The position numbers were made by a program, and so were the translations under genes. Shown piece by piece: positions 48,760 to 61,800 of a stretch of 64,000 nt of DNA. The DNA comes from Eledone cirrhosa (Eukaryota). The DNA lies in the NCBI GenBank assembly GCA_964016885.1, contig OZ024742.1:14570001-14634000 (forward strand), given 5' to 3'. How positions within the stretch are numbered: position 1 is the stretch's first letter; every line of letters begins with the position of its first letter. The notes under the pieces are model-generated. The model saw only the letters and a list, made by a program, of their open reading frames with translations. It was not told the origin of the DNA and did no database searches.

Positions 48760-50508
48760 GGTGCATGGCCTAGTGGTAGGTGTGTTGGACTTACCATCAT
48801 AATGCCATGGGTTCAATTCCTTGACTGGATTGTGTGTTGTGTTCTTGAGAAAAACACATTGCTCCAGTGGTAAGGGTGCTGGACTACTGATCATAATGTC
48901 ATGGGTTCAATTCCTTGACTGGGTTGTGTGTTGTGTTCTTGAGGAAAACACATTGCTCCAGTGGTAAGGGTGTTGGACTACTGATCATAATGTCATGGGT
49001 TCAATTCCTTGACTGGGTTGTGTGTTGTGTTCTTGAGAAAAACACATTGCTCCAGTGGTAAGGGTGTTGGACTACTGATCATAATGCCATGGGTTCAATT
49101 CCTTGACTGGGTTGTGTGTTGTGTTCTTGAGAAAAACACATTGCTCCAGTGGTAAGGGTGTTGGACTACTGATCATAATGTCATGGGTTCAATTCCTTGA
49201 CTGGGTTGTGTGTTGTGTTCTTGAGAAAAACACATTGCTCCAGTGGTAAGGGTGCTGGACTACTGATCATAATGCCATGGGTTCAATTCCTTGACTGGGT
49301 GTGTGTTGTGTTCTTGAGAAAAACACATTGCTCCAGTGGTAAGGGTGTTGGACTACTGATCATAATGCCATGGGTTCAATTCCTTTACTGGGTTGTGTGT
49401 TGTGTTCTTGAGAAAAACACATTGCTCCAGTGGTAAGGGTGTTGGACTACTGATCATAATGCCATGGGTTCAATTCCTTGACTGGGTTGTGTGTTGTGTT
49501 CTTGAGAAAAACACATTGCTCCAGTGGTAAGGGTGTTGGACTACTGATCATAATGTCATGGGTTCAATTCCTTGACTGGGTTGTGTGTTGTGTTCTTGAG
49601 AAAAACACATTGCTCCAGTGGTAAGGGTGCTGGACTACTGATCATAATGTCATGGGTTCAATTCCTTTACTGGGTTGTGTGTTGTGTTCTTGAGAAAAAC
49701 ACATTGCTCCAGTGGTAAGGGTGTTGGACTACTGATCATAATGCCATGGGTTCAATTCCTTGACTGGGTTGTGTGTTGTGTTCTTGAGAAAAACACATTG
49801 CTCCAGTGGTAAGGGTGTTGGACTACTGATCATAATGTCATGGGTTCAATTCCTTGACTGGGTTGTGTGTTGTGTTCTTGAGAAAAACACATTGCTCCAG
49901 TGGTAAGGGTGCTGGACTACTGATCATAATGCCATGGGTTCAATTCCTTGACTGGGTTGTGTGTTGTGTTCTTGAGAAAAACACATTGCTCCAGTGGTAA
50001 GGGTGTTGGACTACTGATCATAATGCCATGGGTTCAATTCCTTGACTGGGTTGTGTGTTGTGTTCTTGAGAAAAACACATTGCTCCAGTGGTAAGGGTGT
50101 TGGACTACTGATCATAATGTCATGGGTTCAATTCCTTGACTGGGTTGTGTGTTGTGTTCTTGAGAAAAACACATTGCTCCAGTGGTAAGGGTGCTGGACT
50201 ACTGATCATAATGCCATGGGTTCAATTCCTTGACTGGGTTGTGTGTTGTGTTCTTGAGAAAAACACATTGCTCCAGTGGTAAGGGTGTTGGACTACTGAT
50301 CATAATGCCATGGGTTCAATTCCTTGACTGGGTTGTGTGTTGTGTTCTTGAGAAAAACACATTGCTCCAGTGGTAAGGGTGCTGGACTACTGATCATAAT
50401 GTCATGGGTTCAATTCCTTGACTGGGTTGTGTGTTGTGTTCTTGAGAAAAACACATTGCTCCAGTGGTAAGGGTGTTGGACTACTGATCATAATGCCATG
50501 GGTTCAAC
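48760..50508 (+). repeat. 94-bp tandem array (about 18.5 units) derived from a tRNA-SINE head
   Basis: Unit ccagtggtaagggtgttggactactgatcataatgtcatgggttcaattccttgactgggttgtgtgttgtgttcttgagaaaaacacattgct; matches the 5' part of SINEs at 2130 and 55262. Confidence 0.92.
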
Positions 50509-50509
50509 T

Positions 50510-51050
50510 TTTTATTGCGACACAAGATCAAAGCCTCCTCACCAGAAGCAGAACACAGTAACTGCAAAATATAAGTTGATGGAGAAATAACAATTAACTA
50601 TATTATCTCTAGCTGCCTCGTCTTAGCCAAAACAGAATATATCCACAGATGTGATAGAGTTGGAATTTACATACACTGGAAGTTATGCCAACATTATGAA
50701 ATACCAACAGACCGAAGATGGTAAAACATACAACAGAAAAAGTGTCCACAAATGACAAAGCAACCATACTCTGAGATATGCCAATCCAGAGGGAGATCAA
50801 AGCTAACAAACCACAGAGAAAAACATGTCTTCTAAACGCTGTATCAATCCCCACAAATGACAATATATCTACCAAGGCAATGGAAAAATTATCCAAATAT
50901 AAAATCTAGAGATATAAATAACCCGAATGTGAATCACTGAAACAGAAACAAACCCTATAATAGTAGGTGCTCTGGCAATGATGAAAAAAAAACACACAGA
51001 CAGATACATAACCAAAATCCTAGGTCTTACAAAATAGCACTTCACGGCAC
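50510..51050 (+). mobile_element. Highly degenerate R4/Dong-like LINE fragment (RLE region)
   Basis: IATQDQSLLTR, REIKANKP, EKLSKYK and PIIVGAL remnants homologous to ORF 56899-57906. Confidence 0.6.
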
Positions 51051-51301
51051 AACACACCGATAAATTTATCATGAAACCTGTAGCAACAGAGAGTTTCAGC
51101 ATTCCTGGCCCGACCTCATTTATCACCACTATTGGGGTAGAGTTTGCCACCTGCAGAATCATGCTGCCTCAGTTGGTATTCCTATTCTAACATGACTCTC
51201 CCATCATCCTCTGGGGGAAATATTTTCCCGATTCTGTCCACTGGGACCACTGAGACCATAAGGCACCCTTCCACTGGGATTCTACATGCCAAACAATTCT
51301 C

Positions 51302-53352
51302 CCACATTATCATAGTAATATATATAGAGTAATAACCATATTATCATGGTAATATATATAGAGTAATAACCATATTATCATGGTAATATATATAGAGTAT
51401 TAACCATATTATCATGGTAATATATATAGAGTATTAACCATATTATCATGGTAATATATATAGAGTAATAACCATATTATCATGGTAATATATATAGAGT
51501 AATAACCATATTATCATGGTAATATATATAGAGTAATAACCATATTATCGTGGTAGTATATATAGAGTAATAACCATATTATCATGGTAATATATATAGA
51601 GTAATAACCATATTATCGTGGTAGTATATATAGAGTAATAACCATATTATCATGGTAATATATATAGAGTATCAACCATATTATCATGGTAATATATATA
51701 GAGTAATAACCATATTATCATGGTAATATATATAGAGTAATAACCATATTATCATGGTAATATATATAGAGTATCAACCATATTATCATGGTAGTATATA
51801 TAGAGTATTAACCATATTATCATGGTAATATATATAGAGTATCAACCATATTATCATGGTAATATATATAGAGTAATAACCATATTATCATGGTAATATA
51901 TATAGAGTAATAACCATATTATCATGGTAATATATATAGAGTAATAACCATATTATCATGGTAGTATATATAGAGTAATAACCATATTATCATGGTAATA
52001 TATATAGAGTAATAACCATATTATCATGGTAATATATATAGAGTAATAACCACATTATCATGGTAATATATATAGAGTATCAACCATATTATCATGGTAA
52101 TATATATAGAGTATCAACCATATTATCATGGTAATATATATAGAGTATTAACCACATTATCATGGTAATATATATAGAGTATCAACCATATTATCATGGT
52201 AATATATATAGAGTATTAACCACATTATTATGGTAATATATATAGAGTATCAACCATATTATCATGGTAATATATATAGAGTAATAACCATATTATCATG
52301 GTAATATATATAGAGTATCAACCATATTGTTATGGTAATATATATAGAGTAATAACCATATTATCATGGTAATATATATAGAGTATCAACCATATTATCA
52401 TGGTAATATATATAGAGTATCAACCATATTATCATGGTAATATATATAGAGTAATAACCATATTATCATGGTAATATATATAGAGTATCAACCATATTAT
52501 CATGGTAGTATATATAGAGTATTAACCATATTATCATGGTAATATATATAGAGTATCAACCATATTATCATGGTAATATATATAGAGTATTAACCACATT
52601 ATCATGGTAATATATATAGAGTATTAACCATATTATCATGGTAATATATATAGAGTAATAACCATATTATCATGGTAGTATATATAGAGTATTAACCATA
52701 TTATCATAGTAATATATATAGAGTATTAACCATATTATCATGGTAGTATATATAGAGTATTAACCATATTATCATAGTAATATATATAGAGTAATAACCA
52801 TATTACCGTGGTAATATATATAGAGTATTAACCATATTATCATGGTAATATATATAGAGTAATAACCATATTATCATGGTAATATATATATAGAGTAATA
52901 ACCATATTATCATGGTAATATATATAGAGTAATAACCATATTATTATGGTAATATATATAGAGTATTAACCCTATTATCATGGTAATATATATAGAGTAT
53001 TAACCATATTATCATGGTAATATATATAGAGTATCAACCATATTATCATGGTAGTATATATAGAGTATTAACCACATTATCATGGTAATATATATAGAGT
53101 ATCAACTATATTATCATGGTAATATATATAGAGTATTAACCACATTATCATGGTAATATATATAGAGTATCAACCATATTATCATGGTAGTATATATAGA
53201 GTATCAACCATATTATCATAGTAATATATATAGAGTATTAACCATATTATCATGGTAGTATATATAGAGTATCAACCATATTATCATAGTAATATATATA
53301 GAGTATTAACCATATTATCATGGTAATATATATAGAGTATCAACCATATTAT
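51302..53352. repeat. 34-bp AT-rich minisatellite, about 60 copies
   Basis: accatattatcatggtaatatatatagagtaata. Confidence 0.95.
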
Positions 53353-53415
53353 CGTGCTGCCCTAGAATTTTGTACCTTAATTAAATTTTTACTTTATGGT
53401 TGTTTCCTTGTCATT

Positions 53416-53420
53416 CTCTC

Positions 53421-53504
<84 letters not shown>

Positions 53505-53516
53505 CTCTCTCTCTCT

Positions 53517-53547
<31 letters not shown>

Positions 53548-53553
53548 TTTATA

Positions 53554-53592
<39 letters not shown>
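53416..53592. repeat. (CT)n and (ATCT)n microsatellites
   Basis: Direct reading. Confidence 0.9.
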
Positions 53593-53951
53593 TAACTTTT
53601 TAAATTACATTTGTGATAATATTTTACACGTTTTTTATTGTATGTAAACTTCCCCCTTTGTATTTGTCCACTTCTTTTGTGCCCCTGTGGCTAATAAAGA
53701 AACATATCTATCTATCTCTCTCTCTCCATATACACTGGTTAAATTGTTCTAAGCTGATTGTTATCTTGCTGATTGTCTGTCACCACAAACTACTAACTAA
53801 ACCTACTGGTTAATAATTCATTGGTCCACTAAACAACATCATTATTTTGTGACTTCAAGTAAAACAGACTCAATGATACATCCCCACACCTTACATAAAC
53901 CTATTGCCCATTACATTGCCTGGTCATCAATACCAGAGTTTCTGGCTATGA

Positions 53952-53984
<33 letters not shown>

Positions 53985-54994
53985 AGTTTTTATGTCCACT
54001 TTTCCATGCTTGCAAGGGTTGGATGAGTCCTTCACAGCACAGCATCTCTCCACTTGTTTTATTCCTTCGTCATCTCCTCTGCCAGTCTTAGTAATTTGAG
54101 GTCTACTCTCACAACCTCTGCTCAGGTCTTTCTCAGTCATCCTCTATTGTGGTTTCCTTCCACTGGGATAAGCTTACAACCTCTTTGGGTTTTGACAGAT
54201 GTTTGTTCCTAAAGTACTAAAGGAGACACAGCTTCATGTGAAGTGTGATGGCAATGGCTAACAAACCTCACCTTCTTCTTTTACACAAAATTATAAATTT
54301 GAGGAAGACTATTATATAACTCTGCTAGAGTCTTATATTGCTTCCAGTTTATGTTTTCAGCCTGACACAACAAGGATGTATATACTCCATTGAGGAACTT
54401 TTGTTGTTTGATAGTAAGTGTCCAAGTTACAATAAAGTAGAATTGGTTCTATAGTAACTTGGAAGAGTCTTATTTTGGAGGAATTTGATAGATAGAAACA
54501 GAGCCAGATTCTGTCAAGCATGACTAACCACACCTGGGTGTTTTATAGTAACTTGGAAGAGTCTTATTCTGTATAATCCTGTTTACATTAAATTTGTCAA
54601 CCATATTGCTATGTATGTGTGATTGTATGTATGTATGTATTATATGTGTGTTTGTATGTGTGTATGTATGTAAGTGTATGTATGTATTGTATGTATGTAT
54701 GTATGTGTGTATATATGTGTGTGTATATATATGTATGTATGTGTGTATGAATGTGTGTATTATGCTTGTTACTACAATATATTTAGAATATCAACATGTG
54801 TATATTGGGGAAATATGAAATTTGAAATATGTATGTCCCATCTAAAATGACCATAATAATAGTTACTTATTATTACTTACTATAATAGTTGAGAATATCA
54901 GGTAAAGTACCGCTAGAGAGGATAAAAAAAGGACAGTGTCACCTCCAAGGAAACAAATGTCAGATGAAGGTCACTTTACCCAATATTCTAAACT

Positions 54995-55262
54995 ATTATA
55001 GTCCATCTCGAGACTGGAGACTCATCAGGCCGGTACTTATCCCAGTTTCTGTGACATGAAGCAACTGAGAGTACAACATTCCCCTGGACAGGATACTAGA
55101 CCATCACAGGGTTAAACTCCCAGTACTCATTTTCAGCTGAGTGTACTGGAGCTACGTGAAATGAAGTGTTTTACTCAAGAACACAACACACAACCCAGGA
55201 ATTGAACCCACAACATTATAATTGTAAGTCCAACACCCTTACCACAAGGCTATGTGCCTCCA
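54995..55262 (-). mobile_element. Full-length family-A tRNA-derived SINE
   Basis: Minus strand: tagccttgtggtaagg (A box), gggttcaattcc (B box), ccctgtgatgg..cctgtccaggg core. Confidence 0.75.
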
Positions 55263-55392
55263 CTATTCATTTATAATGATTAACTATTATTATGGTCATT
55301 TTTGTTGGGACACATATATTTATATTGTTTCCCTTAATCTTTATTGATAATGTTTTTATTTCTGTTTAGATACAACCATCAAAAAAGTAATC

Positions 55393-55565
55393 ATGTGGTA
55401 TATTTTATTGTCAATGTTGTTGTTGGCTGGCTCAGTGGAACTTGGCTCAGTACCAGAGAAAAGATGTTCGCTTGATTTGGGAGCATGTAAAACTGACATT
55501 ACTTGCCTTAATGATTGGTTTTATTGTAAATGCAGCCCATTTTCTAAGCCAGAAGGATTTTGTTT
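55393..55565 (+). CDS. First coding exon of a putative secreted EGF-like cysteine-rich protein
   Basis: Acceptor tttAG at 55368-55369, ATG at 55393, hydrophobic signal peptide MWYILLSMLLLAGS, six Cys spaced C6C5C6C1C9C, donor GTACGT at 55566. Confidence 0.6.
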
Positions 55566-55699
55566 GTACGTATTCCTATATGAGACATTCTAAGTGAGAC
55601 CTTTTTCAAAATAACAGAGGGTATATAGCTACAGAGACACTCTATCTCTCAAACACACACACACACACACACACAGAAACACATAAACACATACAACTT

Positions 55700-56235
55700 A
55701 CCCAATAAAACGACCAACTATTGAAGTTGACAGTTAAAAGGTGAAAGAAGCAATCAAAAAGATGAAGAATGGTAAAGCTATGAGATCGTCAGAGATAGTT
55801 GCTGAGATGCTAAAAACATCAATCAGGTGATACAGGACAGAGTCATACCCAATGACTGGTACAGCAATACAAACTAGTAACCCTACATAGTCAATCAGGT
55901 GATACAGGACAGAGTCATACCCAATGACTGGTACAGCAGTACAAACTAGTAACCCTACATGTCAATCAGGTAATACAGGACAGTCATACGCAATAACTGG
56001 TACAGCAGTACAATCATAAATTGCTACAAGGGTAATGCTCTAGACAGGAGCAACTATAGAGGAATAAAACTATTGGACCAAGTTATGGAGGTGACAGAAA
56101 GAGTTATAGTGCAACTAATTAGAGACTAAGTTAAATTAGGTAGAACTTGGTTTCATGCTGGGAAAATTACTACAGACACCTTTTTAATGAGGCAACTAGA
56201 ACTACAAGAGAAGTTCCTAGCCAAGAATAAACCGC
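55700..56235 (+). mobile_element. Degenerate RTE RT fragment with internal short tandem duplication
   Basis: VKEAIKKMKNGKA, NYRGIKLLDQVM, LQEKFLAKNKPL. Confidence 0.75.
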
Positions 56236-56697
56236 TGTAACAAGCTACTTGCCTTTGGCGTATTTATAAAATATTTGTGTGTAATTTGGCTAAGTTAGGC
56301 CAATTGTGAGCCGCGCACGAATATATATTATCAACTTCCGCCCAAACAAAGATTTTCCCACTTCTTTCGTATATATTCTCTCTTGCTGCTTGGACTTTGA
56401 AAGGAAAGGACATTATTATGTAACGGTGAGATTTTCACTTTGGCCTGTCGGCCTCCTTGGGGCTGGCACATACCACATTCACTTCTTAACTCTAAATTGT
56501 TTGTTCCTTTGTTTGACATGACAACTCAACTTAACTCTTTGTAATTAGTTGTGAAAATGTTAACGAAGACTTTACGACCAATTCCACAAACATTCGCTTC
56601 TCTCACACTTAACAAACCGTTACCTTAAAACAAAACCACCCACTGCTATACTTTAGCCTAACAAAAACCATACCTTTGCTGCTATGACAAAAATACA

Positions 56698-56758
<61 letters not shown>

Positions 56759-57939
56759 TGCATTTATCTTGCTTTATGTTTATACGAGTTATCACCAAGT
56801 CACAACCAGTGACCTCAAGAGACAACAAGGTCCGCCATGTTCAAGAAAGAACATACATATTCACACATGCATCCTTAGTGTTTAGACTTGTGATGTACTT
56901 ATATTGACAGGATCTTCCTTAGTATATGGGCAGTTCCCATTAGTACTATCTTTTGTATTTCTCCTATACGCGGGTTTCCTGGGATTTGCGATAAGTAGTC
57001 GTTAGACCCCTTAGGTATCATTCCCAGAGCGCCTACAACCACTGGTATTGTTTTAGTTCTCAATTTCCACATTTTTCCAATTTCTATCTCCAGGTCCTTA
57101 TACTTGCTCAATTTTTCAAATGTTTTTATAGATACATTCTTGTCTATTGGAATAGACATATCAATTAGCAGGCATACCCTCCTTTGAAAGTCCTTCAATA
57201 TTATATCAGGTCTATTTGCATCTATTTTTCGGTCTGTTTGGATGCTAAAGTTCCACAAGATTGAGATGTGATCTTTTTCAAGTATGGGAGGTGGTTGATG
57301 CTCCCACCAATTCTTTTGATGGGGCAGGTCAAAATGCTTACACATTATCCAATGTATGTATTGTGCAGCTCTGTCATGCCTGTTTAGGTATTCGGTTGGA
57401 GCTATAGGACTGCACATTGAAATTATATGGTCAATGGTCTCTGGTTGTTTTTTGCATACACGGCATAATGGGCTGCACCCATTTTTTATTATGTTGGCTT
57501 GGTAATTTTTTGTTGGCAGATACTGATCTTGTGCGGATATAATCAGTCCTTCAGTCTCCGATTTCAGTCCAGAGGATGCCAACCACTGATGGGTTAAAGT
57601 TTTGTCAACATCAGGATTGTTAGCTCGCTCTGGGTATTTTCCATACAGAGGCTTTTCTTGCCATTTCTTAGCCAGTTTCTGTAGCAGTTCTTTCTTTGCA
57701 GTTACTTTTACCTGCTTTGCTTTTTCTGTGTTTTCCATTTCAGCAGTAAATGGGACTTCTGAAATTTGTAGTCCATTACTGTATCTTTGTGCATCTTTTG
57801 TAATGGAATATGATCTTTTGGTGCTTTCGTGTTTCAAAACGAGTTTGATCATCCAATCATGTGATTCCCCTAGATATGTGGATAATCCAATTGTTGCAGT
57901 TTTCAACGCAATGTCTAACTGGATTAACCCACGTCCTCC
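56759..57939 (-). mobile_element. 5'-truncated R4/Dong-clade LINE (CCHC knuckle plus restriction-like endonuclease) inserted in (TAA)n
   Basis: ORF 56899-57906: LKSETEGLIISAQDQ, CRVC...ETIDHIISMC, RHD, ANRPDI..LIDMS, EKLSKYKDL, PVVVGALG; (TAT)n on both flanks. Confidence 0.88.
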
Positions 57940-57994
57940 TTATTATTATTATTATTATTATTATTAATATTATTATTATTATTATTATTATTGT

Positions 57995-58182
57995 TGTTCT
58001 TTGAGTCTCAGTCATTGATGTTATTTAACTGGAAAGTTTGTTGAAATGAATATCAAGCCGCTAACTGCAGCCTCAGACATTCAGGACATATCGGAGGGTT
58101 CTTGCTGTTCCCAGCAAGCATGCCTTTTGAAGTGTTCCAAAAAGCGGGGCTGGACTAATCTTCTTTAACCATCCTTGGAAAC

Positions 58183-58185
<3 letters not shown>
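57995..58185 (-). mobile_element. Short 3' fragment of a second RLE-type LINE between (TAT)n tracts
   Basis: Minus strand LQKACLLGTARTLRYVLNV* parallels IQKIVLMGTAHILRKILSI*. Confidence 0.65.
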
Positions 58186-58233
<48 letters not shown>

Positions 58234-58824
58234 GAATGCCATGGTTGACGGAGGCTCGGCTCTGTAAGGTATTGTAAATTTTGACCGCTATAACAATTAT
58301 AAATTGTTTAAAACTTTAACCAAATTGTAGACAAAAACACCCTCCTCCTCGTGAGAGGGGTCTTTCTGCCCGTTATTTGGCCCTTCGGGGTTAAATAACC
58401 GCTTATTGGGGTTTTGTGCCCAATATTTATTTTAAACAAAAAAAAAAAACATGGCCACGAAAAAGAATTTTCATAGGTCACTCCCACTCATTCCGTCTTC
58501 TTCTTCCTCAATCGTCACTACAGCAGAGAGAAGATTGTCTCTCTCCCTCCCTTCTCTAAATGTGTCTCTCTCCCTCCCTTCTCTTTCGCAAGCGACGCCA
58601 GTCAAGAAAAATCACGTGAAAATCATGGAACATTTCTCCACGACGACGACAATGACGAAAAAGATGTACGGTAAATACGAAAACCCATTTCATTCGTCTG
58701 ACGTCATGAATAATAGCAGTAGCAGCCGTAATAACAGCAGCAGCAGCAACAGTGACAAGGAAAACAACAGTAGCAGCCGAAACAGCATCAGCAGCAGCAT
58801 AAACAACAACAGCATTAGCAGCAA

Positions 58825-58859
<35 letters not shown>

Positions 58860-61800
58860 ACCACAGCAACATCGGCGGCGGTAGTAGTCGTAGTACCTGC
58901 AGCAAAAACAAAACTAACAGTAGCTCTGACGACAACAACAACAACAACAGCAGCAAAGAAAAACCAATCTCGTTTGCAGGTATCGCAAAGAACCTGGAAA
59001 CCATCCTCATAACAAATGAGGAATTACAGGAAGCGAAGAAGATGGTGACGAAAGCCGGACACCGAGCAATCTGCAAGGCAGCCGAACATTTTTTCGAAAC
59101 CCAACAGCACTGTACGGTCACGTACCGTACAGTAAGCACAAAATCCCGTAGGGTTGAAAGAGCCACAGAGGCTCAAATACAAAAAGCCTTAGGATCTGTG
59201 TGGCAGCGGAAAACGCATATCACCCAAGGCAAGAAATATGCCACCGTAGACGTGCTTTTTGCCACACCCCAGGAGGCAAAGGCTCAATCCTTAGTGACCA
59301 TAAGGAGCGAGGAAATGGTGTTGGTGCCCTCCTACTGCGGGCAAAAAATTGTGTGGGTCAAACTGAATCACGCCCCCCCCCCCCGGGATGGCCCCTTCTT
59401 GGCTGGCCGCGTCTGTCCTCGTCGGAATCGAGAACAAAACAACTGTACTGCAAGTACAGAAAAAAGTAAAAGAAGATTGGGTCGGCACCTCCATTGAGAT
59501 GTTAATCCAAACCAACCAGGAGTGCATCGAAGCTATCCCGGATGTGATAGACTTCGATAACGGCACTCAACTGCCCATAAGTGTTGAGGGCAAACGCCCG
59601 AAATGCTTTCGCTGTGGATTGAAGACTCACCTCAGGGCCTTCTGCAACGAGAAGACCCTGAGAAAGGAGAAAACCCCACTCCTTCCGAAACCGGCTCCAC
59701 GGCTACCAGCAACAGGACAAGCGGCAACCATGAACGATAGGTCCGTGGCACCCATACCCACGCCACGGAAATCAAGAACAGCAGCAGCAGTGGAAGTATT
59801 AACAACAACAACAGTAATACCAAATGCAGCTGCAACAGAGACTCCGCTGCAAACATCACCAACAACAACAAGTGAAAGAGTGGAGCTGGTACCCCTCCCC
59901 GACCTCACAGTATCAGACATGGAGTGTGAGGTGGGAGAGGGATGGCAAAAGGTCGAAAGAAGGCACAAACGCAGAAGCAGCGCATCGTCGCCTTCGAAAA
60001 GGGAGGAAAGAAATGAAAAAAGGGTAAAGGCTACTGCAAAGAGACTCACAGCAGCAGCACCCACACTAGCACCACCATCACCACCGGCGACAACCCAACC
60101 GCCAACAACAACAACACCTTCAACACCACCACCACAAGCACCAACATCGCAAACACAACAAAACACACACACCCTGCAACAACGACAAGAAAATAGCAGA
60201 ACCACACCCCACCCCCAGAAAAACAAATGCACGGCAATAAATACACACAACAATAAACTAATGACTTACATAATTGAACACAGACATTTCACAGCACGAC
60301 TACATAATACCAGCACCAATCAAAACGCCAACGAACATAAGACTGGTAAAAATAGCACAGAAACAATACACAAACATTAAAACGAAATTCCCCAACGCAG
60401 TTGGTGATTTCAGAGACCTAGGAGGGACTCTCAACCGTAGAGTATATTCGGACATACTCATAGAAGAGCCGACGACCAGCCGAAGGGACGATTCAACGGT
60501 CCCTTCACCAGACGATCAAGTGAAAAGGGATGGAGAAACCATCCTTCCTCTACGAAAAGTACGGTAAGTGGTCTTTCCCATCTTTTCCACTCCATTTTAA
60601 ACATGACCTCACTCAGAATAGGCAGCATAAATGCGCGTGGCTTGGGGTCGTCATGGAAGCAGGGTCACCTGCTCAACAACCTCAGGTCACTAAACATAGA
60701 TGTAGTGGCCATCAGCGAGACCAGAATCTCCGAAGCACGGGCCTTCGGACCGATCCTCGGTGGCTACGATGTGTACGCATCTCCCAGCCGTCCTGGATCG
60801 GGGGATGGAGTTGCTGTGCTTTTTCGGAGAGGTTTGGATCTCGCCATACGGGCCATCTTCCTGGACCCAGAGGGTAAGTTGGTGGTGCTGGACGTGACCA
60901 GCGGAGACAGGCAAGCTTTCAGGCTAGTGGCCGTCTATACCCCTACAGGAGCAGGGCGGCCTGATTTCTTCCGGCGTCTGGAGACCTTTCTTGGAACGTC
61001 CCGCTATTTAGTGTTAGTGGGCGACTGGAACGGGATCTTAGATGCACGCTGGGGCTGTGTGGGATTAGCGGTTAGGGGTGGAGGGTGCAAGAGCCTCACC
61101 AACCTGCTCAGGCGTTTTGAACTGTCTGACAGGTACCGATTGGATTTCCCGAATGTGCCAATGTGGACTTGGACAAATCGCATATGGTCATCCAGATCAT
61201 ATCTAGATAGAGTATTTTGTAAGGAAATAGATAGGTCTAGCATAGGCTGTCCACAATTCAAGATAGTCAGCTACACGGACCACAAATTCGTGATCTGTGT
61301 GCTTGACTTAGATAGGCTTCATAGACGAGGACTCGGCTACTGGAAGTTAAACGCGTCCTTACCAGCGCGCAAGGCCTACAGAGACCGGATTAGCGAACTA
61401 GTTAAGCGGGCGTTGACGGGGGCCATCGTCAACAACAAGTGGTGGTTTGCTCTGAAAAGAGCGATTAGAATAGAATCCATTAGGTTTAGTAAGGCTTTAG
61501 CAATAGAGAAAATAGAGCAGAGGGAGAACTAGTTAGAAAATTAGACGAGGCGCTTAGCAAAGGCATCGCGACCGACGTACTTGCGGCGAAATTGGCCCTT
61601 GACCAATTCTTCAATGCAAAGCACGAAGGCTGCGTTGTCAGTGCTAGGGTGCGTGCTCAGACACGAGGGGACGAAAGCCGTTCAATGGGCCCGAGTGGCG
61701 GAGGCGCGTCGTGGCAACAAAGCCACGATCCGATCTTTGGTGGACCACGACGGGCGCATGCTACTCGATCCCGGGCAAATGTGTTAAGCTTTTCAGCGAC

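Noticed and set aside
48760-50508. tRNA gene cluster
   Set aside because: A and B boxes are present, but I cannot form an acceptor stem or cloverleaf; the unit matches the local SINE head
51302-53352. Functional role for the 34-bp AT-rich array
   Set aside because: Only a weak accat/atggt palindrome; nothing beyond an ordinary minisatellite can be supported
55001-55032. CUGAUGAG...CUCGAGA on the minus strand as a hammerhead
   Set aside because: GAAA is absent and stems I/III are missing; it is the SINE 3' tail
56236-56690. Possible LTR starting TGTAAC that interrupts an RTE fragment
   Set aside because: No matching 3' terminus or target-site duplication found
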